This document shows positions 8,751 through 16,588 of a stretch of 22,984 nucleotides of DNA, piece after piece. The stretch comes from Gemmatimonadales bacterium (GTDB lineage: Bacteria; Gemmatimonadota; Gemmatimonadetes; Gemmatimonadales; GWC2-71-9): positions 1 through 22,984 of the forward strand of contig JBFJCP010000047.1 of assembly GCA_041615815.1 (NCBI GenBank), given 5' to 3'. The notes under the pieces were generated by a model. It did not search any database and was not told where the DNA came from. It saw nothing but the letters and a program-made list of their open reading frames with translations. The stretch's first letter is position 1. Every line of letters starts with the position of its first letter. Position numbers and translations under genes: made by a program.

Positions 8751-10022
8751 CTACGACTCGTTGTCGGAAGCCCTGGCGCCCAGCCGACTCAGAATGTTCA
8801 CGCCGGTGGCCGTTTCGATTTGCTCCGTGATCTTGATGATGGCTTCAGGAAGCTGTCCCGCCGCCGAAGCGATGCCGGTTCCCCTCCCCCCGGAATCGAT
8901 CACCGTGACCTTGTCGATGTCCATGGCACCCACGGACTTGGTGATCTCCCGGATGATGTCCGGCAGCATGTTGAGGATGAAGATGCGTTCGGCTTCGGTG
9001 CCGGCATTCTGATACAGCTTGATCGTTTCGTCGAGTACAAAGAGACGCGCCCGCCCGTCTTCGGTGATGGTGGCCGCCGATCCCTTGGCGCGCTCTTCCG
9101 CCGCCTCGCGATCCGCCTTGGCGGGCAGGAGCACGTCGGCTTCGAGCCGGCGTTGCTCGAGGGCGATTCGTTCCTGTTGCAGCGCTTGCTCCGCCACCGC
9201 GCGGGCTTTCTCCCCTGACACTTTGGCTTCGGCTTCGCGTGCCAGGGCCTCCGCCTCCAACTCGGCGCGGCGTACCCGCAGCAGATTGTTCTCTTCGGCG
9301 ATCTTGAGGTCGGCCTGAATGGCGGCGATCTGCGCCGCCTGCCGAGCCGAAGCTTCGGTTTGCTCCGCCTCGGACGCACGCTTGGCTTCGGCCACCCGCG
9401 CGACTTTGAGGATCTCCGCGGTTCGCTGCCGTCCAATGGAGTCCAGGTAGTTCACCTCGTCGGTGACGTTCTGGACCTTGAGCGTGTCCAACTCGAGGCC
9501 GAGTTTCTTGAGATCTTCGTCCGCTTCCTCGATGAGGCGGTGGGCGAACTTGAGCCGATCCTCGTTGACTTCCTCCGGTGTGAGAGTGGCGAGCACCCCA
9601 CGGAGGTTTCCTTCCAACGTGTCCTTTGCGATGTGCATGAGATCGTTGAACGGCTTATCGAGGAGCCGCTCGACCGCGTTGTGAGACACGGGATCCCGCG
9701 CACTCACCTTGACGTTGGCAATCCCCTGGACGATCAGCGGAATCCCGCCCTTGGAATACGCGTTCCTGACGATCACGTCGATCGGAATGGTTCGGAGATC
9801 GATCCGCGACACGCGCTCCACGATGGGGATGCGGAGCGTGCGGCCGCCGTGCAGGAGCCGGTAGCCCACTTTGCGGCCGTCACCGGTAACCCGATGACGC
9901 CCGGTGATGACGACGAGCTCGTTGGGAAGGCAAATCACGATGAGCGATTTGACGACGTACACCAGTGCGCCGACGATGCCGAGGGCCACGGCGCCGAGAA
10001 TGAGACCGACGGTGGGATTCAT
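8751..10022 (-). CDS. flotillin / SPFH (band-7) family protein (YqiK/FloA-like)
   Basis: N-terminal TM (LILGAVALGIVGALVYVV), SPFH core (NELVVITGRHRV...IDLRTIPIDVIVRNAYSKGGIPLIVQGIANVKV), a long Ala/Glu-rich coiled-coil flotillin tail. 423 aa. Start overlaps the upstream NfeD-like stop by 4 nt. Confidence 0.85.
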   Translation of the reverse strand: MNPTVGLILGAVALGIVGALVYVVKSLIVICLPNELVVITGRHRVTGDGRKVGYRLLHGGRTLRIPIVERVSRIDLRTIPIDVIVRNAYSKGGIPLIVQGIANVKVSARDPVSHNAVERLLDKPFNDLMHIAKDTLEGNLRGVLATLTPEEVNEDRLKFAHRLIEEADEDLKKLGLELDTLKVQNVTDEVNYLDSIGRQRTAEILKVARVAEAKRASEAEQTEASARQAAQIAAIQADLKIAEENNLLRVRRAELEAEALAREAEAKVSGEKARAVAEQALQQERIALEQRRLEADVLLPAKADREAAEERAKGSAATITEDGRARLFVLDETIKLYQNAGTEAERIFILNMLPDIIREITKSVGAMDIDKVTVIDSGGRGTGIASAAGQLPEAIIKITEQIETATGVNILSRLGARASDNES

Positions 10023-10657
10023 GATTTCCTCTGAAATTCCCCGGGGGGTAACTCACGAGACTCGAAGGGCATGATCTCCGCTTCGGTCTCGTGCATTCGT
10101 AACACCACGACCTCTCGGCCGGGATCCAGGGTCAGGTCGTATCCGGCCGCGAGGCGCGCCGTGACGTGGACTTCGCGTTCGCCAACCGTGCAGGCAATGC
10201 GTCCGCGGACGCCCTGGGACACGGGAATGATCACTCGGGCCAGCGATCCTTCGAGATCCGCGTCACTCACCGCATCGACGGCCGTGTCGGAGCGCTTGAG
10301 CCACAAGAACACGCTGTGGGTCACGACCATGGCGCCCAACCCCATGGCCAGCGAGGGGATGAGTCCGCCGAGCCGGGAAACGGGCGTGAGCAGGGTGAGC
10401 AGCGTTCCAGTGATCCCAAACGTGGCCAGAAAGAAGATCATGTTGCGGGGACGGAGGAGCCCGAGGATGAGATCGCCGGCTCCGACGTGGGCGTCGTGAT
10501 CGGCATCGTGACCATCGTGACCCCCATCGGCGTCGTGGTCGATATCGTGATCGATCTCGCCGCTGTCGACGTCCGAGCCATCATCCCCGCCCGCGAGCAC
10601 CGAGAACATCAGGAGCCCACCACCGAGCACCGCTGCAAAGATGTAGATGCCGAGCAT
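10019..10657 (-). CDS. NfeD-like (YqiJ-type) membrane protein, partner of the flotillin, with His/Asp-rich loop
   Basis: Start set at the internal ATG (MLGIYIFAAVLGG). Three predicted TM helices, then a C-terminal beta-rich NfeD/OB-like domain (SLARVIIPVSQGVRGRIACTVGEREVHVTARLAAGYDLTLDPGREVVVL). Loop GGDDGSDVDSGEIDHDIDHDADGGHDGHDADHDAH lies after the first TM. Position directly upstream of the flotillin is the canonical yqiJ-yqiK arrangement. Confidence 0.7.
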   Translation of the reverse strand: MLGIYIFAAVLGGGLLMFSVLAGGDDGSDVDSGEIDHDIDHDADGGHDGHDADHDAHVGAGDLILGLLRPRNMIFFLATFGITGTLLTLLTPVSRLGGLIPSLAMGLGAMVVTHSVFLWLKRSDTAVDAVSDADLEGSLARVIIPVSQGVRGRIACTVGEREVHVTARLAAGYDLTLDPGREVVVLRMHETEAEIMPFESRELPPGEFQRKS

Positions 10658-10904
10658 ACGCGTTCGGCTTTCGTGATGGTGTTCTACGGTGAATTTGCCG
10701 GTGCGGCACCACCGCGGCAAGAAAGTTCTGAAATGTGAAGGTCTCGATTGTGAGGAAACCCACGGAATAGCGAGTCCACGACTCCCAGAATAGGACGGGG
10801 CCTTTGCCGGAGGTCCGCCGGGACCGATATTTCCGTACGGATACACTTCGGTCGACGCTGGCAACCGACCGCCCATTCCTTGCCACCCATAGGCGACCAA
10901 ACCC

Positions 10905-11519
10905 GTGACCCTCACCCGTCTCAGCGCACTCGCCGGCATTGCGGCGGTCGTCCTCCTCGTGGGCATGACCGTGGTTTTCGGTGCCTTGACACCGGGCTAC
11001 TCGCACTGGTCTCAGGTGATCAGCGAATTGGGAGCCCGGGGCGCACCGCTTGGTCGAACGATGGGCTATGTCGGCATTGCCGGCTTTGGCATGCTGATCC
11101 TGCTCTTTGCGCCCACGATGGTCCTTGCGCGCCGGCCCGGTCCGATTACCGCATTGAGCGCAGCGCTCCTGGTGATCATGGGGGGAGGTGTGGCGCTCGC
11201 GGGGCTCTTCCAGTGCGATGTGGGATGCAGTCTGGAAGCACCGTCGGTCACGATGGCGCTCCACGTGTGGTCATCGTTCGTCGCGTTTCTGGCGGCAGCC
11301 GCGGCACCGCTGGTGTTAGCCCTGCGTCTGCGCAGCACCACGGAGGAGCGGAGATACCTGCAGTACGGATTGGTGACCGGCCTTGCGATGTTCGGGGTGA
11401 CCTTTTGGATCATGGCGATCGGCCCCACCGCAACCTACCTCGGCGCGCTGCAACGGCTCTTTCTCGTGCTCTTCTGTAGCTGGGTGGTGGTGACAGCGGT
11501 CAAGGCGCTGCGTAGCTAG
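10905..11519 (+). CDS. DUF998-family integral membrane protein
   Basis: Five to six hydrophobic helices. The characteristic motif GYSHWSQVISELGARGAP follows the first TM. GTG start at 10905. Confidence 0.6.
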   Translation: MTLTRLSALAGIAAVVLLVGMTVVFGALTPGYSHWSQVISELGARGAPLGRTMGYVGIAGFGMLILLFAPTMVLARRPGPITALSAALLVIMGGGVALAGLFQCDVGCSLEAPSVTMALHVWSSFVAFLAAAAAPLVLALRLRSTTEERRYLQYGLVTGLAMFGVTFWIMAIGPTATYLGALQRLFLVLFCSWVVVTAVKALRS

Positions 11520-11771
11520 CTCACCATATCCCTCGTTCCTCGAACGTGTGCGTGCCTCCGAGAACCGCACCTGGAATACATGGTACGTGTTGCGGTGTGG
11601 ACGCTCCATGAGCAGCCCAATTTCGTGGGCAACAGGGGTGGTTCCGAAGTTGCTCACCACGAGGTCGACCGCTTCATTGAACGGGCGACCGTGCTCGACG
11701 GTGGCAGCGGTGGTGTACTCCTTCTCGGTGAAGGGGACCAGCACGGCCTCGGGAGCGGGGCGTAGCGGCAT
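11316..11771 (-). CDS. candidate small ORF with degenerate zincin-like motif; only the first ~84 codons (11520..11771) are non-overlapping
   Basis: ATG at 11771 with GGAGG 4 nt upstream. N-terminal half is protein-like and contains VAHEIGLLMERPH, which matches the metzincin-type HEIGHxLGLxH pattern except that His5 is replaced by Leu. The 3' 200 nt lies antisense to the well-supported DUF998 C-terminus, so that part is probably not coding. Confidence 0.25.
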   Translation of the reverse strand: MPLRPAPEAVLVPFTEKEYTTAATVEHGRPFNEAVDLVVSNFGTTPVAHEIGLLMERPHRNTYHVFQVRFSEARTRSRNEGYGELATQRLDRCHHHPATEEHEKEPLQRAEVGCGGADRHDPKGHPEHRKAGHQSVLQVSPLLRGAAQTQG

Positions 11772-11897
11772 CAGTCCTCCGGGGGAAAGGCATGGGGAGG
11801 TGGGAGTTGCGCGTCCAACGGTTATGCCATCCGATCATGCCGCAGTCAATTCCGTGACGCCTACATCACATACCGCATACGCTCTGGTCTCCGATCC

Positions 11898-11927
11898 TTG
11901 ACGCTGGCCCAGCCCGTAGCGTATCAA
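11898..11927 (+). promoter_or_regulatory. sigma70-like promoter candidate for the csgG-like gene (TTGACG-N18-TATCAA)
   Basis: Hexamers read directly at 11898-11903 and 11922-11927. A ~120-nt leader follows that contains two TGTACA palindromes (12000-12005 and 12013-12018) and a GAGGAGG Shine-Dalgarno 6 nt before the ATG at 12057. Confidence 0.35.
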
Positions 11928-12056
11928 TGATGATGGATCTCAAGACGCCGGTAGAGCTGGACTTGAGTCGCAAATGTCGGCTGGCGGCTACGCTCTATCT
12001 GTACACATACGCTGTACACCGAATTGCGCCGGAGATCAGCACCGAGGAGGTCACCG

Positions 12057-12944
12057 ATGAGGGGTCGTACATTAGCCGCGCTCGCGGCGATTCTGGTGTT
12101 TGCGAGCGGTCCCTGGACCGCCAGTCGCGTGGACGCGCAAAAAGTCCGCGTCGCCGTCTTAGCCCTCGATAACAACAGCACCTGGAGCTACTGGGGTGCC
12201 CACCTCGGTGAGGCGGCCTCCGACGAGCTGACCACGCAGCTCGTGAAGTCCGGTCAGTTCTCCGTGATCGAGCGACGGCAGATCGACGCCATTCTGGCCG
12301 AACAGGGGTTTGGGCAGAGCGGCCGGGTGAATCCCGCGACCGCCGCTGCCATCGGAGAAGTACTTGGCGTCCAAATCGTCTTCATGGGATCCATTACGCA
12401 GTTCTCGATCGAGACCAAGAAGGCCGGTATCGGCGGGATCGGCGCGTCGTTCACGGAAGCCGAAAGCATGCTGGACATTCGCGCGGTCAACACGTCGACG
12501 GCGGAGATCATGTCCGTGGCCGAAGGTCAAGGCAAGAAGCGGCTCGGCGGGATCAACATCAACAACGTGAGCTTTCAGCAGAACTTCGACGCGGGGTTGG
12601 CGCAGGAAGCGCTACGACCCGCGATCGAGGACGTCGTGAAGGAACTCGTCAAGCAGGTGGACGACTTCGCGGCGGTGGCTCCCGTGGCTGCGAGGGCCAC
12701 CATCGTGGGCGTACGGGAGGGCTCGATCTACATCGACCGCGGTGAGAACTTCGGCGTACAGCCTGGGCAGCGGTTCGACGTCTATCGCGTCGTGGACGAG
12801 ATCCGAGACGCGAACGGCAATCTGTTGGACCGCGTCACCGAGAAGGTGGGCGTAATCGAGTGTGCCAGGGTGCTTTCACAGTCCGCGGTCTGCTCGATCG
12901 TCGAGGGAGATGCGGCCGAAGGGGATGAGGCGAGGGGGAGTTGA
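12057..12944 (+). CDS. CsgG-family lipoprotein (curli secretion channel-like / LpoB-like fold) with ~90-aa C-terminal beta-domain; no csgA/B/E/F neighbours
   Basis: Signal peptide MRGRTLAALAAILVFASGPWTA. CsgG-type core (KVRVAVLALDNNS...SDELTTQLVKSGQFSVIERRQIDAILAEQ...VLGVQIVFMGSITQF). Strong RBS. C-terminal extension ATIVGVREGSIYIDRGENFGVQPGQRFDVYRVVDEIRDANGNLL...VCSIVEG. Confidence 0.7.
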   Translation: MRGRTLAALAAILVFASGPWTASRVDAQKVRVAVLALDNNSTWSYWGAHLGEAASDELTTQLVKSGQFSVIERRQIDAILAEQGFGQSGRVNPATAAAIGEVLGVQIVFMGSITQFSIETKKAGIGGIGASFTEAESMLDIRAVNTSTAEIMSVAEGQGKKRLGGININNVSFQQNFDAGLAQEALRPAIEDVVKELVKQVDDFAAVAPVAARATIVGVREGSIYIDRGENFGVQPGQRFDVYRVVDEIRDANGNLLDRVTEKVGVIECARVLSQSAVCSIVEGDAAEGDEARGS

Positions 12945-12962
12945 CGGATCAATGAGGACGTG

Positions 12963-12989
12963 AGGGGCGAGGGATAGCACCCCGCCCCT
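12963..12989. terminator. GC-rich hairpin exactly between two convergent stop codons (12944 and 12992); no U-tract
   Basis: AGGGGCG(A)GGG-ATAGCA-CCCCGCCCCT gives a 10-bp stem with one bulge and a 6-nt loop. Confidence 0.35.
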
Positions 12990-12991
12990 AC

Positions 12992-15817
12992 TCACCCCCC
13001 ACCTACTTGTCCCGGAGTCACCGGCCGCGGCCGGTTCTCTGAGGTCCCATCGCCGAGCTGGCCGCCGTCGTTGGCACCCCAGCACCGCGCCTGCCCCGAG
13101 GCCGTGAGCGCGCAGGTATGCACGCGGCCGGTACTCACTGACACGAAATCGTCTCCCGGAACGCGCACCGGCACGACCCGAGGGGTGGTGGTGCCGTCGC
13201 CGAGCTGACCGAACCGATTATCGCCCCAGCAGTAGAGCCGCTTGGTGTTGGTGATGCCGCAGGTATGGGTCGCACCCGCACTCAGCGACTCGAACGCGAG
13301 CGGTATGTTACCCCCCATGGGAGCGCGGACCGGGCGCGGTGCGTGCCGCGGCTGCTTGGAACCGTCTCCCAGCTGACCGTACTGGTTATCCCCCCAGCAC
13401 ATCGCCGTCCCCACACGGGTGAGGGCACAGGTGTGATTCGTGCCGGCCGCGACGTAGACGAGATACCCGTGGTCGCCCTCGACCTCGGTGGGCTGTGTGA
13501 CGTAACCGCGCTCGAGCGTTCCGGTGCCCGTCTGGCCCGATGCGTCACTTCCCCAGCAGTACACGCGCCCGCTCAGCAGACCGCAGTTGTGCTCGGCACC
13601 CACCGCCAGCATCTCGAACGCGATCTCGCCTTGCACCTGGGTGAGCGCGCCGCCTGATGTGGTTCCGTTCCCCAGCTGCCCCCGGTCGTTGGCGCCCCAG
13701 CACGCGGCCGATCCACCGGAAGTGAGCCCACACGCATGCCGCTGCCCCGCGGCGATCGAGCGGAAGCGACCCGCTGGCGGTGCCAGCCCGCCCCAACAGA
13801 CCACGCTCTGATCCGGGTTGAGCGCGCAGGTGAGCAGGCCGCCCGCGCTCACGGCCGCAAAGCGGCCCGGGCGGGGGAAGGGAAAGCGCTGCGACCGTCC
13901 GAGACGTGACCCCACCTGCCCGCGGTCGTTCCTTCCCCAACAGTAGACCAGACCGTCCGCGGCCACACCGCAGGTGTGATCGGCACCGGCGGAAATGCTG
14001 CGGAAGGTGGGAACCACTGGCGACACGGATAGGGCGGTGCGGGACTCCAACCCGCCGGTACTCGCGAGCAGCTGCGTGTTCCCTACCCCAACCGCAATCA
14101 CCCAACCTCCGTCGCCTACTCGCACGACGTCCTGATCGTCCGCAACGAGACGAGGGGCCGATGCCGTGCCCAGCGATCGATTGCGATCGTCCAGCAGCGT
14201 GACGGCTACGCGGACGGAGTCCCCGATCCGAAGGGATGTCTGCGGGACACCGAGCCGGAGAGCAGTGGCACCCGCAGCCGACGTCTCGGCTCCGCCTCCG
14301 GATGGCTGCCCACCTCCTCCACCCTGATTCGTCTGCCCGTCACCGGGGGCCGCAGACACGGACACCGTGAGGGTGGCCTCGGCAACTCCTGCTCGCGCGG
14401 TGATACTGGCCTGGCCATTTCCGAGCGCGATCACCTGGCCGTCCTTGCTGACCGAGGCCACCGTGAGGCGATCGCTCTCCCAATCGATGGGGGAACGGAG
14501 TCGCTCACCGCCCGAGTCGAGCACGATCGCCTCGAGGGGTACGGTGTCTCCGAGTGCAAGAGACAGCGCGACATCGGACAGCACGATCGTCGCCGGCATG
14601 CCCCCCGAACCCCCTCCCCAGGGGAGCACGAAGAACCCGACGAGCGCTGCGGTAACGACGGCCGCCCCACCCACGGCCAGGCGGCGTCGCTTTGGCCGGA
14701 ACCACTGCGAGATCGTGCTCGTGAGCGAGCTTTGGCGGGGCTCGGGAAGGGGTGTCACCCACGTGTCGCTGTCCTCACCCGCCTCGAGCGTCTGTCCGCT
14801 GGCCAGCGCAGCAGCCTGTGTCCACACCGGATCGTCGGGTGGCGGCGGTGTTCCGACCGCGCTCACGACCTCGCGCATGGAGGGCCACCGGGCATCGGGG
14901 GCCTTCTCCAGCATACGGTGCACAGCCTGAGCGATCGCCGGCGGGCAGTCCGGACGCAACTTGCCGACGAAGTCCGGTGCTTCGCCCGTATGGGCGAGTG
15001 CCATATCCGAGAACGACTCACCGTCGAACGGGGGAGCGCCGGCCAGCATCGCGTACGCGACGATGCCGAGGGAATACTGATCGCTCGCGGACGTCACGGG
15101 CTGCCCCTTCCACTGTTCGGGGCTCGCGTAGGCAGGCGTTCCGAGGAAGCCGCCCGTGACGGTCTTCCATTTGGGATTCACCTGCAGCTTGGCAATGCCA
15201 AAGTCGGTGAGCACGGCGTTGCCATCGGTGTCGATGAGGATATTCCCCGGCTTGATATCGCGGTGAATCACGCCCTTGCGGTGCGCGAACTCGAGGGCGC
15301 TCGCAACCTGGGAGAGCCACAGCCGGACGATGGGTACGGGCAAGGTGCGCGTCTGCTCGAGGATGCGATCGAGGGATCGGCCGGGAATCAGGTCCAGGAT
15401 GAAGAAATGGAGCCCCTCGTGGTGGCGAAGGTCGTGCACGGTTACGATGTTCGGATGACGGAGACCGGCGATGGTGCGGGCTTCTTGCCGAAACCGTTCC
15501 ACCGTCTGCTCGTCGAGCCCTGCACCCGGCAACATCACTTTGATGGCCACCGGTTTGTGGAGCACGAGGTCCTGGGCCCGGTACACGGCCCCCATCCCAC
15601 CCTGGCCGAGTGTTGCTTCGATCTCGTACCGGCCTTCCGTGGCCTCGCGTAGGCCGGCGAGGATGGATCCCCACCCCCCGCTGAACGGCGTCTGCTGCTC
15701 GGGCTCGGTGGGAAGCGTCTTGTCTCCGTCACCCCCCAGCTGCGTGCCGCATTGGGGACAGAAAGTCACCGCGCTGGAGACGGTGTTCAGACAGGTGGGA
15801 CAGGTGATGGGATCCAT
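12992..15817 (-). CDS. multidomain Ser/Thr kinase: zinc ribbon, kinase domain, TM helix, two Big_2 Ig-like domains, seven-bladed RCC1 propeller
   Basis: Start at the internal ATG (MDPITCPTCLNTVSSAVTFCPQCGTQL, a CxxC...CxxC zinc ribbon). Kinase motifs GQGGMGAVYRA, VAIKVM, HRDIKPGNILI, DFGIAK, GTPAYASPEQ. TM helix LAVGGAAVVTAALVGFFVLPW. Two Big_2-like modules (ATIVLSDVALSLALGDTVPLEAIVLDSGGERLRSPIDWESDRLTVASVSKDGQVIALGNGQASITARAG...; ALRLGVPQTSLRIGDSVRVAVTLLDDRNRSL...). Seven CWG-containing RCC1 blades (HTCGVAADGLVYCWGRNDRGQVG ... ARCWGANDGGQLGDG). The upstream 118 codons of the ORF-track ORF read through the G-rich repeat and are taken as non-coding. No Shine-Dalgarno; an ATCGATCGAT palindrome ends 2 nt upstream of the ATG. 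Confidence 0.85.
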   Translation of the reverse strand: MDPITCPTCLNTVSSAVTFCPQCGTQLGGDGDKTLPTEPEQQTPFSGGWGSILAGLREATEGRYEIEATLGQGGMGAVYRAQDLVLHKPVAIKVMLPGAGLDEQTVERFRQEARTIAGLRHPNIVTVHDLRHHEGLHFFILDLIPGRSLDRILEQTRTLPVPIVRLWLSQVASALEFAHRKGVIHRDIKPGNILIDTDGNAVLTDFGIAKLQVNPKWKTVTGGFLGTPAYASPEQWKGQPVTSASDQYSLGIVAYAMLAGAPPFDGESFSDMALAHTGEAPDFVGKLRPDCPPAIAQAVHRMLEKAPDARWPSMREVVSAVGTPPPPDDPVWTQAAALASGQTLEAGEDSDTWVTPLPEPRQSSLTSTISQWFRPKRRRLAVGGAAVVTAALVGFFVLPWGGGSGGMPATIVLSDVALSLALGDTVPLEAIVLDSGGERLRSPIDWESDRLTVASVSKDGQVIALGNGQASITARAGVAEATLTVSVSAAPGDGQTNQGGGGGQPSGGGAETSAAGATALRLGVPQTSLRIGDSVRVAVTLLDDRNRSLGTASAPRLVADDQDVVRVGDGGWVIAVGVGNTQLLASTGGLESRTALSVSPVVPTFRSISAGADHTCGVAADGLVYCWGRNDRGQVGSRLGRSQRFPFPRPGRFAAVSAGGLLTCALNPDQSVVCWGGLAPPAGRFRSIAAGQRHACGLTSGGSAACWGANDRGQLGNGTTSGGALTQVQGEIAFEMLAVGAEHNCGLLSGRVYCWGSDASGQTGTGTLERGYVTQPTEVEGDHGYLVYVAAGTNHTCALTRVGTAMCWGDNQYGQLGDGSKQPRHAPRPVRAPMGGNIPLAFESLSAGATHTCGITNTKRLYCWGDNRFGQLGDGTTTPRVVPVRVPGDDFVSVSTGRVHTCALTASGQARCWGANDGGQLGDGTSENRPRPVTPGQVGGG

Positions 15818-15848
15818 GAGATCGATCGATGGGTGACAAAGGAATGTA

Positions 15849-15917
15849 GGGGATAGGCGGGATAGGCGGGATAGGCAGCAGGGGCGGCAGGGGTGGCAGG
15901 GGTGGCAGGGGAGGCGG
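15849..15917. repeat. G-rich intergenic repeat, copy A: (GGGATAGGC)x3 followed by GGCAGGGGCGGCAGGGGTGGCAGGGGTGGCAGGGGAGGCGG, including a G4N5G4N5G4N5G4 motif at about 15881..15911
   Basis: Read directly. Sits in the 138-bp divergent spacer between the RCC1 kinase (-) and the ECF sigma gene (+). Confidence 0.8.
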
Positions 15918-15955
15918 ATGCAGACGGTAAACGGCGCAGAGGCACGTGGCATCTC

Positions 15956-16588
15956 ATGGTTGGACCAGCAACCGGAACGCTCTTGAGTGAAGGACAGCGG
16001 CTCGACGAGGCCGTCCGGCCACTGGTGTGGCGGGCGAAGGCGGGTGACGAGGAGGCGCTTACCCGGGTGCTGGAGTGGTGCCGGCGGCGGATCTACCGCT
16101 GGGCCCTGGGGATCACGAGTGACGCCGACGACGCCGACGACGTCACCCAGGAGGTACTGATCACCCTGCACTGGAAGCTCCGGAGCTTCCGGGAGGAGTC
16201 ACGGTTCACCACGTGGCTGTATCGCGTGACGAAGAATGCGGCGTTGGGACTCATGAGACGGCGGCAGAGGCGGCAGGGGCGGCAGAAGGAGGCTGAGGGA
16301 GGGGGACGGGATTTGGGAGCCCATAACGAGGTCGAACGGGACCGACTGCATGGCCTGTATCTGTCTGAGATGGGAGCGTTGGTGCGGACGTTGTTTCATG
16401 AGCTGCCGGAGCGGCAGCGGGAGATCTTCGACCTGGTGGACCTCCAGGGATTCGCGCCGATCGAGGTGGCGGACATGTTGGCGCTGAAGCCGGTGACCGT
16501 GCGCGCTCACCTGTTCAAGGCCCGGCGCCAGATGCGGATGAAGATTGTGGAACGCAATCCTGAGATCGCCGAGGAGTTCATCCAATGA
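15956..16588 (+). CDS. ECF (group IV) sigma-70 factor
   Basis: Region 2 (DVTQEVLITLHWKLRSFREESRFTTWLYRVTKNAALGLMRRR) and region 4 (LPERQREIFDLVDLQGFAPIEVADMLALKPVTVRAHLFKARRQMR). Start at the internal ATG; the ORF-track extension back to 15893 lies inside repeat A. The linker RRRQRRQGRQKEAEGGGRDLG is encoded by an in-frame copy of the G-rich repeat. ATGA overlap with the downstream anti-sigma gene. Confidence 0.85.
   Translation: MVGPATGTLLSEGQRLDEAVRPLVWRAKAGDEEALTRVLEWCRRRIYRWALGITSDADDADDVTQEVLITLHWKLRSFREESRFTTWLYRVTKNAALGLMRRRQRRQGRQKEAEGGGRDLGAHNEVERDRLHGLYLSEMGALVRTLFHELPERQREIFDLVDLQGFAPIEVADMLALKPVTVRAHLFKARRQMRMKIVERNPEIAEEFIQ
16258..16316 (+). repeat. in-frame copy (E) of the (GGCGGCAGRGG)n repeat inside the ECF sigma linker
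   Basis: GGCGGCAGAGGCGGCAGGGGCGGCAGAAGGAGGCTGAGGGAGGGGGACGGGATTTGGG matches the intergenic copies A, B and C. Confidence 0.6.

Noticed and set aside
9019-10034. Plus-strand ORFs antisense to the flotillin (9019..9318, 9360..10034) and Ser/Arg-rich ORFs 9452..9703 and 9463..9684
   Set aside because: They lie within the well-supported flotillin CDS on the opposite strand and are low-complexity.
15818-16171. 118-codon 5' extension of the RCC1-kinase ORF
   Set aside because: It reads through the G-rich repeat and the antisense of the sigma-factor gene. The internal ATG at 15817 gives a canonical zinc-ribbon N-terminus instead.
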